Shown: piece after piece, positions 41,821 through 54,994 of the stretch
Layout of the letters: each line of letters starts with the position of its first letter
Position numbering within the stretch: position 1 is the stretch's first letter
From: Octopus sinensis
Taxonomy: Eukaryota
Assembly: GCF_006345805.1 (NCBI RefSeq)
Contig: NC_042999.1
Span: forward strand, 54,312,001 to 54,376,000
Length of the DNA: 64,000 nt
Reading direction: 5' to 3'
Notes under the pieces: generated by a model
What the model was told of the DNA's origin: nothing
Database searches by the model: none
The model's input: the letters and a program-made list of their open reading frames with translations, nothing else
Program-made: the position numbers and the translations under genes

Positions 41821-42068
41821 TGCTGTGCTATTTTTTCTTTGCTTTCTCTCTTCCTGCTACCGATTTGTTGTTTGACCTTTCATATGAATCCCTCGAAAAT
41901 ACTTTTTATCTTCAAGTATGTTTGCCAACGAATTCGAAGTTTTATTACTAAGATTTCAATTATCTTGTCTGCTTTTCATTTTTTTATATTATTTTGTCAT
42001 GGTGGTTGGTTTTGAATGTATGGAAAGTCATTCATTTTCTCTCCACATACCCGCTCCTGTATATCTTC

Positions 42069-42167
<99 letters not shown>

Positions 42168-42644
42168 TATATACATTACATACCTATACACATACACACA
42201 GATTATGTGTACAATGTCTTCTTTTAGTAAATGTCTATTGAAATTGGATTTTTTTTTTTTGTGAAGTTACTATATCTAACTGTTTGGTTAAAAAAAAATA
42301 TGTGGGACAAATAGTATTTTGCAAATGATAAAATAGAATAGATATCATCTTGATCTATATACGCACACAATCAGATAACCTGTATATAAGCATGCGTTTA
42401 AATAACGCATCAAGTTCAAAGGAAATTTTTATGAGTAAAACTGTAAGATCATTTTCTAGTCTAGTGAGGCACCTTTTCAAATCTTTCGTCTTATTCTGAC
42501 CTCCTTATTGAAGTAATTACATATGCAAGTTTTAACTTCGAAATCATACGTGCTGTGTATGAGCTCTGTAGTTGAGAAGGTAGTTGCGAATAAAATTGCT
42601 GTATGTTGTATAGGAAGGTAGACAATATTAAATTATTTTTTTTT

Positions 42645-43040
42645 AAGCGGCAAGCTGGCAGAATCGTTAGCACACCGGGCGAAATGCTAAGTGGTATTTC
42701 GTCTGCCGTTACGTTCTGAGTTCAAATTCCGCCGAGGTCGACTTTGCCTTTCATCCTTTCGGGGTCGATTAAATAAGTACCAGTTACGCACTGGGGTCGA
42801 TATAATCGACTTAATCCCTTTGTCTGTCCTTGTTTGTCCTCTCTGTCTTTAGCCCCTTGTGGGTAGTAAAGAAATAGGTATTTCGTCTGTCTTTACTATC
42901 TGAGTTCAAATTCAGCCGCGGTCGACTTTTATTTTCATCTTTTCGGGGTCGATAAATTAAGTACCAGTTGCGTACTGGGTTGATCTAATTGACTGCCCCC
43001 TCCCCCAAAATTTCGGGCCTTGTTCCGAGAGAAGAAAATA
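42645..43040 (+). mobile_element. SINE S1, two-unit tandem
   Basis: First unit ends aaagaaataggtatttcgtctg and runs straight into a second unit. Confidence 0.85.
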
Positions 43041-43708
43041 TTTAAGTTTCTCTCTCTACTGTTTTATCATACAGTGTTAAAATACGTACATCATTCTGTC
43101 ATTCTCTCAATGAGTTAGTTTTATCTTATATTAATAGTTATTAATGCAAGATTAATATAAATTAGTTTTATTCATAAATTAAAACTTGAAATTAATAATG
43201 TAAGGTTAATCCTTAAAGTTACATTTATTGTGTTCCTGTGAACTTCGGCGACTGCTGAACTCAAAAAATACCGAGCCTGAATGGATATTCTAATTAATCA
43301 ATTCTTATTAATTTTATTGATTGGAAACCATTGAGAGAGGGATAGAATGGTAACAGCTACAATATGGATGCCTTTAGGCCTGTTTGCACTTTTCCAAAAT
43401 TCCTCTTATTATTTCTGATGGATCGATTCACTTTCATTAGCGACTACAATGTTATGTTAGAAAATGCTATGCTCTTTTTTTGGCTGTACCATTTGGCCAT
43501 TTCCATAAATAGGAAACCGAATGAATGTGTGAGTCATTTCTGGATTGTTAGAAAGAAGAAATGGGGAAATAAGATGAATCGTTAATGGTTCCTGGCTCAC
43601 CGAATGACACTGCTGCTGCTACTGGAATTCTTTTTATTCTTTTATTTTTTACTTGTATCAGTCGTTTAACTGTGGCCACACCAGAGCACCACCTCGAAGG
43701 TTTTAGAT

Positions 43709-44298
43709 CAGTGGTTCCTAACTATTTTTTCCTACTGGACCCTTTGGTTCCTCTTTTACTCAGGGAGACCCTCACAGCCACTCAATGTTTTAAAAGATCC
43801 CATTGTAGTTTTATAATTAAATATTACTAAGAATTGTATTTAAAATTTGTGAAAATATTTTGTGTATTTCAGAAGTACAACCTATTGATTGTAGTGAAGG
43901 TGCGTGGCTTAGTGGTTAGGGTATTCAGCTCACAATCGTAAGGTCGTGAGTTCAATTTCGGGCGACGCGTTTTGTCCTTGAGCAAGACACTTTATTTCAC
44001 GTTGCTCCAGTCCATTCGGCTGGCAAAAATGAATAGTACCTGTATTTCAAAGGGCCAGCCTTATCACACTCTGTGTCACGCTGAATCTCCCCGAGAACAA
44101 TTTTAAGGGTACATGTGTCTGTTTAGTGCTCAGCCACTTGCACGTTAATTTCACGAGCAAGCTGTTCCGCTGATCGAATCAGCTGCGACCCTCGTCGTCG
44201 TAACCGACGGAGTGCTCCTATTTATTGTACATAAATATTAAAAGCAAAATCTTATGTGGACCTTCAAGGATCATTTGGACCCCGGTTGGGAACCACTG
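43709..44298. mobile_element. hAT-type MITE with a nested S4 SINE (43898-44215)
   Basis: TIRs cagtggttcctaact / ggttgggaaccactg; 8-bp TSD ttttagat / ttttagac. Confidence 0.85.
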
Positions 44299-45415
44299 TT
44301 TTAGACGAACCAGTACAACTTAGTACTCATTTTAAGTTTAGTATGCTGGTATGCATTCTGTCGTTCTCGTTCAATCGAACCTCTACGCTATGTGGGTGTA
44401 AATAAACCATCATCGTTTGTCAAGCGGTACTCGTATAAACGCAAAGACGCGATGGGTTTTTATAGAGTTTCCGTCAATCAAATTCAGTCACAAGGAATTG
44501 GTCGGCGCGGGGTTACAGTGGAAGACAGTTATACGAGGTGCCGCGCAATGGGCATGAACTCGAAACCAAGCAGTTGCCAAACCAACTTCGTAAATGCACA
44601 GACATAGAGATATTAAGTAAACAACTACAGCTTCTATAAGTATTCGAACCTAGGACAGGAATTCTAATACTCTGCTGGCTGGGAAGATTTTTCTGTTCCA
44701 CTGCATTCTTTATGACCCAGGCAAGTATCTTTTGTTTGGTTGTCGAACCTGCTAGAAATGGCATCCAATTTTCCCTCAAAGCCCACAACCTACTACTGAC
44801 TCACGAGGAAAAAACTGGCGGGGTGGCCGCAGATGAAACACCTTTGAACATAATTTTTTATCAATATTTGTCAGCGATTAAGCAGCAAAAACAATTCCAC
44901 TACAATTATTATAACACAACAATAGCAGCTAAATCTCCCTCAAAACACTTGCGTGGGAGGACGATTTGGAGTTGTGGACAAATTGTCAATAAGAGACAGG
45001 ATGGCCGCAGATGGATTGGTTTTCTATCACGGTATACCTTGGGTTAAATAACGGCGCACCTCTTGTCGATATAATCTATGGTATAGATGGATGAAATCAT
45101 TGATGGGAATCAATATAATCGTTAATCTATGCTCAAGTGTTAATCTAATTCAAACGTTGGTAGCCAGGATCAAATAAACATATGTTACACCTTCAATTAT
45201 TTACATATGTTTTGATTTACTAATATTGTTGATGTGGCAAGCGGCCTCGTATATAATAATAGAAAGTTGTCAGTTCACCAGACCAGAACGATGTTATTCG
45301 GTACACAATGTGGTCTAATAAATATACACTGTTATTGATTGGTACGTATATATTATTATTGTTAAAGTAATGAAGGAATAGACCCAGGCAAAAACTATAT
45401 CAACATGCATACATA

Positions 45416-45458
<43 letters not shown>

Positions 45459-45738
45459 ATTTGTGAATGGGTGTGTGTTGGCATACGTGTATTTATAGTT
45501 ATGTTATTATTTTGATATTAAATCTACATATGGCGGAACTTCATATCTCAAATACTTATGTTACTCACAATTCTTGTCTCAATAAATATAATTCTGAAGA
45601 CCAAAATTAGGTTATATGTACCTGTGATTATCTAGAGCTTTGTGCGTTTACATATGTATGTGTGTGTGTGTGCGTGTGTTCGTGTGTGTGCATGTAAGTA
45701 TATATGTATATGTGTATATATAATGTGTGTGTGTATAT

Positions 45739-45789
<51 letters not shown>

Positions 45790-46219
45790 GTGCATACATG
45801 TGTGTATATATATGTGTGTGTGAATGGGTGTGTGTGTGTGTGTGTTGTGTGTGTGTGTATGTGTGTGTGTGTGTGTGTATGTGTGTGTGTGTGTGTGTGT
45901 ACTAGGAAACAATGCGATATAGTGCTAGACATTATCACAATTTATGATTCAGGAGAACAGCTATAGGAAATAACAAAATGGCGACTAAATACAATTTCAG
46001 AAAACAAAATCGAAAACTAAAGCAACAAAAAGAAAATAGAGGTGGGAGAGTCTAGTCTGACCCTTTCATTAAACAAATAGTTTCTGAAGAAGGCCCAAAA
46101 CCACACGAGGCTGAAATACAGAGGGGACAAATACAAATGTAGAGCTTTTTCTTTTCGAAGATGGAAAAAGAAAAAAGGAAACAAAACAGGAAACAAATGT
46201 AAAATTCCGATCAAAAGGG

Positions 46220-46295
<76 letters not shown>

Positions 46296-46421
46296 TTGAT
46301 GTTGACTGTCAGAAATACAAGTTACACAATACCGTAGTAGCGATTAAAGATATTTTATTTTGGTTCAAAACTCTTGCCTCTTTGGAGCTTCGCCAATGCA
46401 TTGAGAAAGTTATCAGGCAAG

Positions 46422-46462
<41 letters not shown>

Positions 46463-46894
46463 ATCTGTTTTAATTTCTTACCTTATAGAACGTTCGTGTA
46501 ATAGTGATAAAATATGCCGAAAGATCGGAATATTTAAATAACAATGAATTAATGTTATCGAATGATTTTTTAAAAAAAGAAACATTTCAAAAGACTTAAG
46601 CTTTCATTAAATGTGTTTCGCTTCAACCAAGCGATTAGTAGGTTTATGTGCTGCTGTAATACTTGGTTACCATTGGCTGTGCATTAGGTTTAAATCTGAT
46701 TCTGCTGGCTGTGATAATTGACAGAAGAGAAGAACTATTTGGAAAAATTTTAACGTTATATAAAGATATAATTTTAGATGGAAGCATTTGTTTTGGTCTT
46801 TTTCTGCTTTTAAGTGTTTCAGTTCAAACCTTTTCCATGGCCATTCTTTGGAGATTGGCTTCTGGTTCGATATTGCTGCAGCAGGAAAGAGAAG

Positions 46895-47220
46895 TCCGAA
46901 ACGTGGTCCCTTGCTATTCGTAAGACCCGCAGAAGAGAAAGCAGGTCAACCCCCGACACAGAGAGCATCGACGGATGGATGAATGCGCATCCAGGCACAG
47001 CGGTTGCGTAGGAAGTCGGGGACAAGGAACGGGAAGAAAGAGTGAGAGAAAGTTGGAGCGAAAGAGTACAACAGGGGTCGCCACCACCCACTGCTGGAGC
47101 CTCGTGGAGCTTTAGGTGTTTTCGCTCAATAAACACACACAACACCCGGTCTAGAAATCGAAACTGCGATCCTCCGACCTCGAGTCCGTTGCCCTAACCA
47201 CTGGGCCATTGCGCCTCCAC
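46895..47220 (-). mobile_element. tRNA-derived SINE (distinct family)
   Basis: Head gtggaggcgcaatggcccagtggttagggc with A-box and degenerate B-box gtttcgatttc. Confidence 0.65.
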
Positions 47221-47319
47221 TGCTGCAGGAGGTCAAAGCATTTGATCTGGCAAGGTATTAAACAGCCGTCTTAATATATTTAGTGAGAGGAACAATAACC
47301 TTTCTTTGACAATAACTGG

Positions 47320-47640
47320 CCCTCCGTCGGCTACGACGATGTGTGCTCCAGTTGATCCGATCAATGGAACAGCCTAGTCGTGAATTTAACATGCAAGTGG
47401 CTGAGTACTCCACAGACACGCGTACCCTTAACTTAGTTCTCAGGGAGATTCAGTATGGTACACAGAATGTGACAAGGACTGCCCGTTTCGTATTACAGGT
47501 ACAACTCATCTTTGCCGGCGGAGTAGACTGGGGCAAAGACAAATAAAGTGTCTTCCTTAAGGAAACAACGCGCCACCGGGAACCGAACTCCCGACCTTAC
47601 GATCGTGAGCCGAATACCCTAACCACTAAGCCACACACCT
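47320..47640 (-). mobile_element. SINE S4
   Basis: Reverse complement of the 43898-44215 family, head ggtgtgtggcttagtggttagggtattcggctcacgatcg. Confidence 0.8.
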
Positions 47641-47972
47641 TCACTCCCTGATTATACATATATACATATATATCCATGCATATATACATACACATATACA
47701 TACATACATACATATATACATACATACATACATACATGCTTGCATGCATGCATACATACATACATACATACATACATACATACATACATACATACATACA
47801 CACATGCACACATACACACATACGTACATACATGCATACATACATGCATGCATGCATGCATACATACATACATGCATGCATACATACATACATACATACA
47901 TACATACATACATGCATGCATACATACATACGTACGTACATACATACATACATACATACATACATACATACA

Positions 47973-48005
<33 letters not shown>

Positions 48006-48077
48006 GTTTAGTACCTGGTCCCTCTCAAAAATAGTTGCTGACAAGATAAAGGAATTATAATAAGTATTATAATCATG

Positions 48078-48419
48078 CCCGCATGCATATGGTATAATGG
48101 TTAAGAGCGCGGGCTACTAACACCGTGATTCCGAGTTCGATTCCAGGCAGTGACCTGAATAATAATAATGATAATGATAATAATAATAATACTAATAATA
48201 ACAACAACAACAACAGCAGCAACAAGAACATCGAAAAATACCTTAGGAACGAGAGCCCAGGTTCGAAATTTCCCCAAGACACCTGATGAAGGCTGGAGAG
48301 TATATCAGCCGAAATGTTCTGTTAACAACAAACAAGATGGGGACAAATATCCATCAAATGTAAATAATATAAATAATGTAAATAATGTACATAATTCGTC
48401 ATCTCTTAAATATAGAACA
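48078..48419 (+). mobile_element. tRNA-like Pol III head, (AAT/AAC)n linker and HHR-bearing tail
   Basis: A-box TGGTATAATGG 48090-48100, B-box GAGTTCGATTCC 48133-48144, HHR motif 48278-48323. Confidence 0.6.
48278..48323 (+). ncRNA. Type I HHR motif with partly decayed stems I and III
   Basis: GACAC-CTGATGA-A-GGCTG(10 nt)CAGCC-GAA-ATGT-T-CTGTT; perfect core and 5-bp stem II. Confidence 0.55.
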
Positions 48420-48589
48420 GTATTATCATTGTTTTTGCTGTTCTTGTTGTTGAGTGAGAGAATAGTACACGCTGTCAAAGTGGCGTTTGGGTACAAATAT
48501 ACGGAGCCCTGTATACCCATCATGAGTAACCGTTTGGTAAGGCTTCACATGTATATATTCGCGTATGACCTATCAAGTGGTGGCCCACT

Positions 48590-49020
48590 CTTTAGTCATT
48601 TCAGTCATTTCAGTCATTTCAGTCATTTCAGTCATTTGACTGCGGCCATGCTGGAGCACCGCCTTTAATCGAGCAACTCGACCCCGGGACTTATTTTTTG
48701 TAAGTCCAGTACTTATTCTATCGGTCTCTTTTGCCGAACCGCTAAGTGACGGGGACATAAACACACCAGCATCGGTTGTCAAGCAATGCTAGGGGGACAA
48801 ACACACATACACAAACATACACGCACACACACACACACACATATATAAATATATACATATATACGACGGGCTTCTTTCAGTTTCCGTCTACCAAATCCAC
48901 TCACAAGGCTTTGGTTGGCCCGAGGCTATAGTAGAAGACACTTGCCCAAGGTGCCACGCAGTGGGACTGAACCCGGAACCATGTGGTTAGTAAACAAGCT
49001 ACTTACCACACAGCCACTGC
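48590..49020 (-). mobile_element. Composite SINE S2/S3
   Basis: Well-preserved copy: head ...gtaagtagcttgtttactaaccacatggttccgggttcagtcccactgcgtggcaccttgggcaagtg, internal (TA/CA)n, tail with a slipped 9-mer (cagtcattt). Confidence 0.85.
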
Positions 49021-49824
49021 TGCGCCTATGCCACACAGCCACTCCTGCGCCCACTTAGAATTTTCTTAAAATCTAGTAGCCCATCCCACTCAAAAAGTCC
49101 CTGGATTAGGGTTGTTTAAGGATGATGAACAAAACACCCATGTTTCCAGGGATGAATTATTCAAACCCAAAGAATCCCTCTCAACACACGGCTATGATTC
49201 TTCCCGCTCTATTGTTCATATTTGTGTTGTTTCAATTATTTTACTTGCTCGTGGTTTCATTGAGGATCCTGTTGACAGCAATGTTTTTAAGTAATTTTCA
49301 GTCATTCTCCTCACCAATCCTTTTTTTCCATGGTATCCCTTTCACAGATATTATCAAGTTCTTTTTTCTCTTTCTTACCGTTTTTTTTTTTTGTTTTTTT
49401 TTTCAATAAACAGAATTTCTGAAAGAGGCTAAAATGAAAGACACTTGACGTTTGAAGCGTTAGTTAATACTTTCATTTAAAAAAAATATATTCTCCCAAT
49501 CTCTGATTTGACACGGTTTTATTTCAGATTTCCGAAAAATTTCATTGTCAAACTCTTCTATCGAAATTAAAATCTGATCTTATTTTCTCAAAGTCCAACT
49601 GTCGTGAAGCGGGATATACTCTGACTTGACACTCGCCCTAATGGAGTTTTCTTGTTGAAGCTGTGACACTTCATAACGTAGTTTGATATCGAGATGGACA
49701 ACAAGCTAAACACTGGCACTCTTTCTTCTGTCTTTACAAGCTTTGACACTTGTACTGAGACACTCTAAAATACAAGGGACAGACACATCAAGCATCTTCC
49801 AATCACGTGATGATAGATGTAGCA

Positions 49825-49863
<39 letters not shown>

Positions 49864-50084
49864 CTCTAACTCTCTCTTCTCTCTAGGCTTCTTTCATTCA
49901 AGTGACCGGGCGTAGTGTTCATTCCAGCCGTGGCCCCCTCATCTATTTAAGGGTATCTAATACTGCAGAATCAAATTTCATTTAATCCTTTCCTAAGATT
50001 CTAAGGTTTAAACCAAAACGAATTCAACTGTTACTTCTACCAGGTCAATGTTATTTACTATAAACACAAATATTCACCTACAGA

Positions 50085-50245
50085 GGCGTGGCGGTGTGGT
50101 TAAGAAGCTTGCTTCCAAGCAACATGGCCCAGGGTTCAGTCCCACTGCATGGCACCTTGGCTAAGTGTCTTCTACTATACCCTCGGCCCGACCAAAGCCT
50201 TGTGAGTAGATTTGGTTGACGGAAACTGGAAGATGCCAGTTTCCG
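50085..50245 (+). mobile_element. SINE S2 head and core
   Basis: ggcgtggcggtgtggttaagaagc...ggttcagtcccactgcatggcaccttggctaagtgtctt. Confidence 0.8.
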
Positions 50246-50247
50246 TG

Positions 50248-50301
<54 letters not shown>

Positions 50302-50362
50302 TAAAAACGGTAAGGTAACAAAAGAAAGAAAGATACCTCAATATTACGTAAATAGAGGGATT

Positions 50363-50662
50363 TATCTGTAAAAGTAATATGTGACAATTATTCGGTAGCC
50401 AATATGTGACAATTATTCGGTAGCCAAGTTTTGGATGCCGAGGTGGAAATCCACACTACCATCTCTTCAGTTATCCGGCCATCGGAAAAACGCTATGAAA
50501 AACGTTATACAAATTTCCCTTTGTATAAGGGTCTTTTTTCATAGCGTTTTTCTGATGGCCGGATAACTGAAGAGATGGTGGTGTGGATTTCCACCTCGGA
50601 ATCCGAAACTCAGAGTTTTATCTTGACTACCGAATAATTGTCACATATTACTTTTACAGATA
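50363..50662. repeat. Head-to-head palindrome of HHR-bearing units
   Basis: 50432-50502 pairs with about 50535-50606; outer arms pair 50363/50662; left arm has a 25-bp tandem duplication and a small deletion removing the cleavage site. Confidence 0.9.
50561..50623 (+). ncRNA. Type I HHR motif with canonical core
   Basis: GGATAA-CTGAAGA-GAT...(GTGG ATTT CCAC hairpin)...ATCC-GAA-ACTC(A)GAGT-T-TTATCT; 6-bp stem I, GUU triplet, predicted cut after 50617. Confidence 0.72.
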
Positions 50663-50772
50663 TATATATATACATAATACAACAATTCAATATCAGTCTT
50701 TTAGTTTGATATTGAATTGTTTTTATATATACAACCTGACATGAAAACAAACATTGATGTATACATAGATGT

Positions 50773-50814
<42 letters not shown>

Positions 50815-50843
50815 GCATGTTTGTAAGTGTATATATGTATATG

Positions 50844-50886
<43 letters not shown>

Positions 50887-51210
50887 GTATGCATGTATGT
50901 ATGTATGTATGTATGTATGTATGTACGTACTGTGTGGACTAAAATCCACGTTGACAGATCGCTGGTATTTATAGAGTGCAAATTCGGGACCCCATAGAGT
51001 ACCTGCTGCATTTGTTGAGTATACAAACAGTTTGGCTGCTTGTTTCTCTGGAGACTGTCATAATGATGTAGACGCCTCTGATGAAAACCCAATAATGTTC
51101 GAAAATCGATTAAGGTTGTTCATAATTTCTTTTCAGTCTGCGGAGAAATGGCTAAAATTTGTCCTGTTTATAATTATACCATTTGTTATATATATATATT
51201 ATATATATAT

Positions 51211-51263
<53 letters not shown>

Positions 51264-51346
51264 CATATATATATATTATATATATATATATATATATACT
51301 ATATATATTATATATATATATGTGTGTGTGTATATATATATGTATG

Positions 51347-51398
<52 letters not shown>

Positions 51399-51438
51399 TG
51401 TATGTATGTATGTATGTATGTATGTATGTATATATGTA

Positions 51439-52002
51439 CAGGGTGGGGCAGAGAGGACGAACGTGTTTGAAATGGTTATTATATGAAATGGTGCCAGGGT
51501 GAGGGGCATATATCTGACAGATACCTTTCGGTCTGTGGTCTCTTAGCATATTTTTTTTTCTTTTCAGGTGAAGCCATGGTGTTCTGGACAAAAGAACAAC
51601 TCATGTTTGCCTACGACAGTTATGCATCAGACAAGCTTTGATACAGAGTCCGAATCAATCTGCTGGAAGGTATTCCACTGAATTTGGCATCGGTAATCGA
51701 TCGGTAAGGCGTATTTAGCATGAAGACCTGCATTTCAATCCGTATAAATTGGTCATTGGATAATAGTTGAAACCATGGGACTATACACAGAACAATGCTG
51801 GAGAGAGTAGACATCTTCCAAGAACACCTTCAGAAACGCATCAAGGAAAACGGACACCATATGATGGATGTTGTTTACCACACTTGATTTTGACAAAAGC
51901 TAATTCAATACGAAAACATAGATGTCAATAAAATTTGTTTGCAGCTATAATTAATGATTTTGTAAATTTTTCAAAAATGCCCGTCCCCTCTGCTACACCC
52001 TG
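51439..52002 (+). mobile_element. Internally deleted Tc1/mariner-superfamily element
   Basis: TA-flanked TIRs cagggtggggcagagaggacg / cgtcccctctgctacaccctg; residual transposase N-terminal ([16 protein letters not shown]) and C-terminal (HLQKRIKENGHH) pieces. Confidence 0.8.
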
Positions 52003-52026
52003 TATATATATATTATATACACACAC

Positions 52027-52106
<80 letters not shown>

Positions 52107-53606
52107 CATAGGCTATCGAACATCAGTATCAGTTTAACAAAAAATAAAAATCAAGAACCGAAAAAACGCAAGAGGGCAAAATTAAGCTGAGAAAGCTTGA
52201 CCTGAAGCAGATAGATATAAGCAAAGTATTTAGTATTGTTATTTAAGAGTCCATGAAACATGATCAAAAACATTCCGATAAAATTAAGTCAATATTTAAA
52301 TATCAAGTAACCACATAAATCTTGGCTATATTTGATTATTATCTTCTTTACTAAAAGAATTGTATTAAAGGGCAATGTTGACCGAAACGAAGATTTGTTT
52401 TAAAAATACACCTGTCTCTTTTTTATGAGAACTGAGAAAACCATAAAACCAACCGTTCTTTTACGCCGTTTTTAGTCTGTCGTCCATTAAACAGAGAAAG
52501 CAGAAGCCATAATAAACTAAAGTGTTACAATCGTATAACTCTGAGACGTAATCAGAGAAGCAACACCCTTCAAACAGTTTAATACTTTTATAGATCGGAG
52601 CAAATATTTTCGACATCAAAGTTTTCGTCATGGACATAAACCTATCAAACTAAAACCCTCCGCTTTGTTGTAATCCATCAGATTGAGCCAACACAGCATA
52701 ATAGTCTAAACACAAGGCAGAGAAACTCTTACCTTGACAGTAAAATCTGGGCTGCATTTAATACAGGAACCACTCTCTGAATGAATCCTCTAAAATTTCA
52801 TATGAAAGGGAAAAGAGGTAAACGTATCCTCGCGGGCAGTAACGCCTCGCATCATGAACATATCGTTTTACGAACAAATTTCGAGCATAAAGCAACTCGG
52901 GTGACAAACGGTGTCTGGAGTAACGAACACGCAATCTGGCAACAACGGTTGGCGTCAAGCTGGGAGTATCGGTGCAAGAGCGTCAGTTGCTGTCTGGCTT
53001 TCACTCGGTGCACTTCTCTGCTCGAATTCGCCATGTTCTCTCTTGAATTTCCTATGGGAAAAATAGTTTCGGTTTAAATAACATTTCTAGTGACGAACAG
53101 CCTTCAGGTACAGATTAAATTCGTAAAACGAGTTTCCATTGTATACAGCTTTCAAATGAAAGATTCATTCTTTTTCTCAACACACACACACCAAATACAT
53201 ACACACTCTATTTATTTCCGATTTGTCTCGGGCACCAAACATATCTGCATCACTTTTTTTTTTTTTAAATAGCAGCAAAATGACAAATGAAATCCTACTG
53301 CTGGAAGCTCCTTGTTGAGAGAGCGTTAAAAAGGCTGGATGGTCATTGTTGGAATGTTTTATCAGAATTGACATGGGGTTCAAGCAACGATTCATTACAG
53401 TACATACACCACACAAATCGTTGAAGTAGGTTAATATTCTGGCATAACTGTTGCCAATTCCTTTCGATCCCACCAGAATCAAATTTCTAATTAAAATTTT
53501 CTTTCCAAATAAACGCAGTAATTAATGACATCTCAAGTCAACTAGCAGTAATTAACACATATGTTAATGCAGCACGTTGTTTGTTGTGTGTGTGCGTGTT
53601 CATATG

Positions 53607-53668
<62 letters not shown>

Positions 53669-54582
53669 ACGCGCGCGTGTGTGTCTGGAAAATATTTTAG
53701 ATAAAAGAAAGTCAGCTTCAATACTGCAATCGCCATGTTCTGGGTCTCAAGCGCACTACCCAGAACCGTTGGTCAAGTATCTTCTCCCAGAGCCAAAAAG
53801 AGAATTGAATTCCAAGAATAAGGAAAAGGTGTGGAATGGCCTGCTCTGTTTTTGTGTTGTGGTCCACCACCACTCCAACACCCGAACAGCCTGTTCTTTC
53901 CATACGGGAATTGAACTCCGAATGAGAGATACCCAAGTGCATTTCATCTATTGCTCATCCGATTCTTTCTAGGACCTGTCACAAGATCTCCTCTACAATA
54001 TCTAAAACTGTGACCGGAGTTGCCTTGATGAGTAGGGCCTGCTGTCCTTCACTGCTTTACCTGCTTCTCAACCTTAAATCGCGCTGTGGTCTTTCAGGGC
54101 TTTTTGCTCCCCAGACTATAACAACTGGGTCCAGCATTCTCACATTCTACATTTCAGCGATTTTATCAGGGTACAGTTCTGATGTAAATCTATGCTTTTC
54201 AGGACTCATTAAGACATCTAAGTATATCCTCATCCTCTCAGTTCCATATCCCTTCTCATCAACTCTGCATTCATTCCGCTCATAACACAATACAAAGTGA
54301 CAATAAGCATAATTATTATTCTTCCATTTATTCACTGAACAGTGTTTATTAGAGTACTTCAACTAAAAATAGTGGTTACAAATTTTGGCACTAGGCCGGC
54401 AATTTTATGGGAAGGTGTAAATTGATTACTTCCATCCAGTTTTCAACTGGGGCTTACTTTATCGACCCCGGTAGGATGAAACATAAAGTCAACCTCAGCG
54501 GAGTTTGAAATCAGAACAGAAAGACGGACGAAATATTTAGCATTTCTGTCAGATCGCCGCCTTAATAATTATGATAATAATT

Positions 54583-54771
54583 ATTGAGAAGTACATGGAA
54601 CAAATAGGGGCTGTAATAAGGGTGGAGCACTTGCAGAAAACAGCACTGCTTGGAACCTCTCAAGCGCTCTGGAATGTGCTCAAAAAGTAAGGGGTGTTAC
54701 CTTAGTTCACTGGTAGTGAACAGCTGTCACTGTAGTACATCTCCAGCGTTAGAAGCTGTGCAAAGGCAATA

Positions 54772-54775
<4 letters not shown>
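54583..54775 (+). mobile_element. 5'-truncated Dong/R4 LINE 3' end followed by long (AAT)n
   Basis: IEKYMEQIGAVIRVEHLQKTALLGTSQALWNVLKK* (54583-54690); preceded by short TAA repeats. Confidence 0.8.
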
Positions 54776-54816
<41 letters not shown>

Positions 54817-54891
54817 TAATAATAATATAATGATAATAATAATAATAATAATAATAATATAATATAATAATAATATAATAATAATAATAAC

Positions 54892-54993
<102 letters not shown>

Positions 54994-54994
54994 T

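Noticed and set aside
46081-46125. CTGAAGA-A-GGCC...GGCT-GAAA as an HHR
   Set aside because: Core and stem II are plausible, but no stem III, NUH triplet or stem I follows; at best a dead remnant.
43898-48150. tRNA-like heads (43898, about 47220, about 47630, 48078) as tRNA genes
   Set aside because: A/B boxes are present, but acceptor stems do not close and each continues into a SINE body.
49795-49815. CCAATCACGTGA as a promoter element
   Set aside because: A short motif expected by chance, with no linked transcription unit evident.
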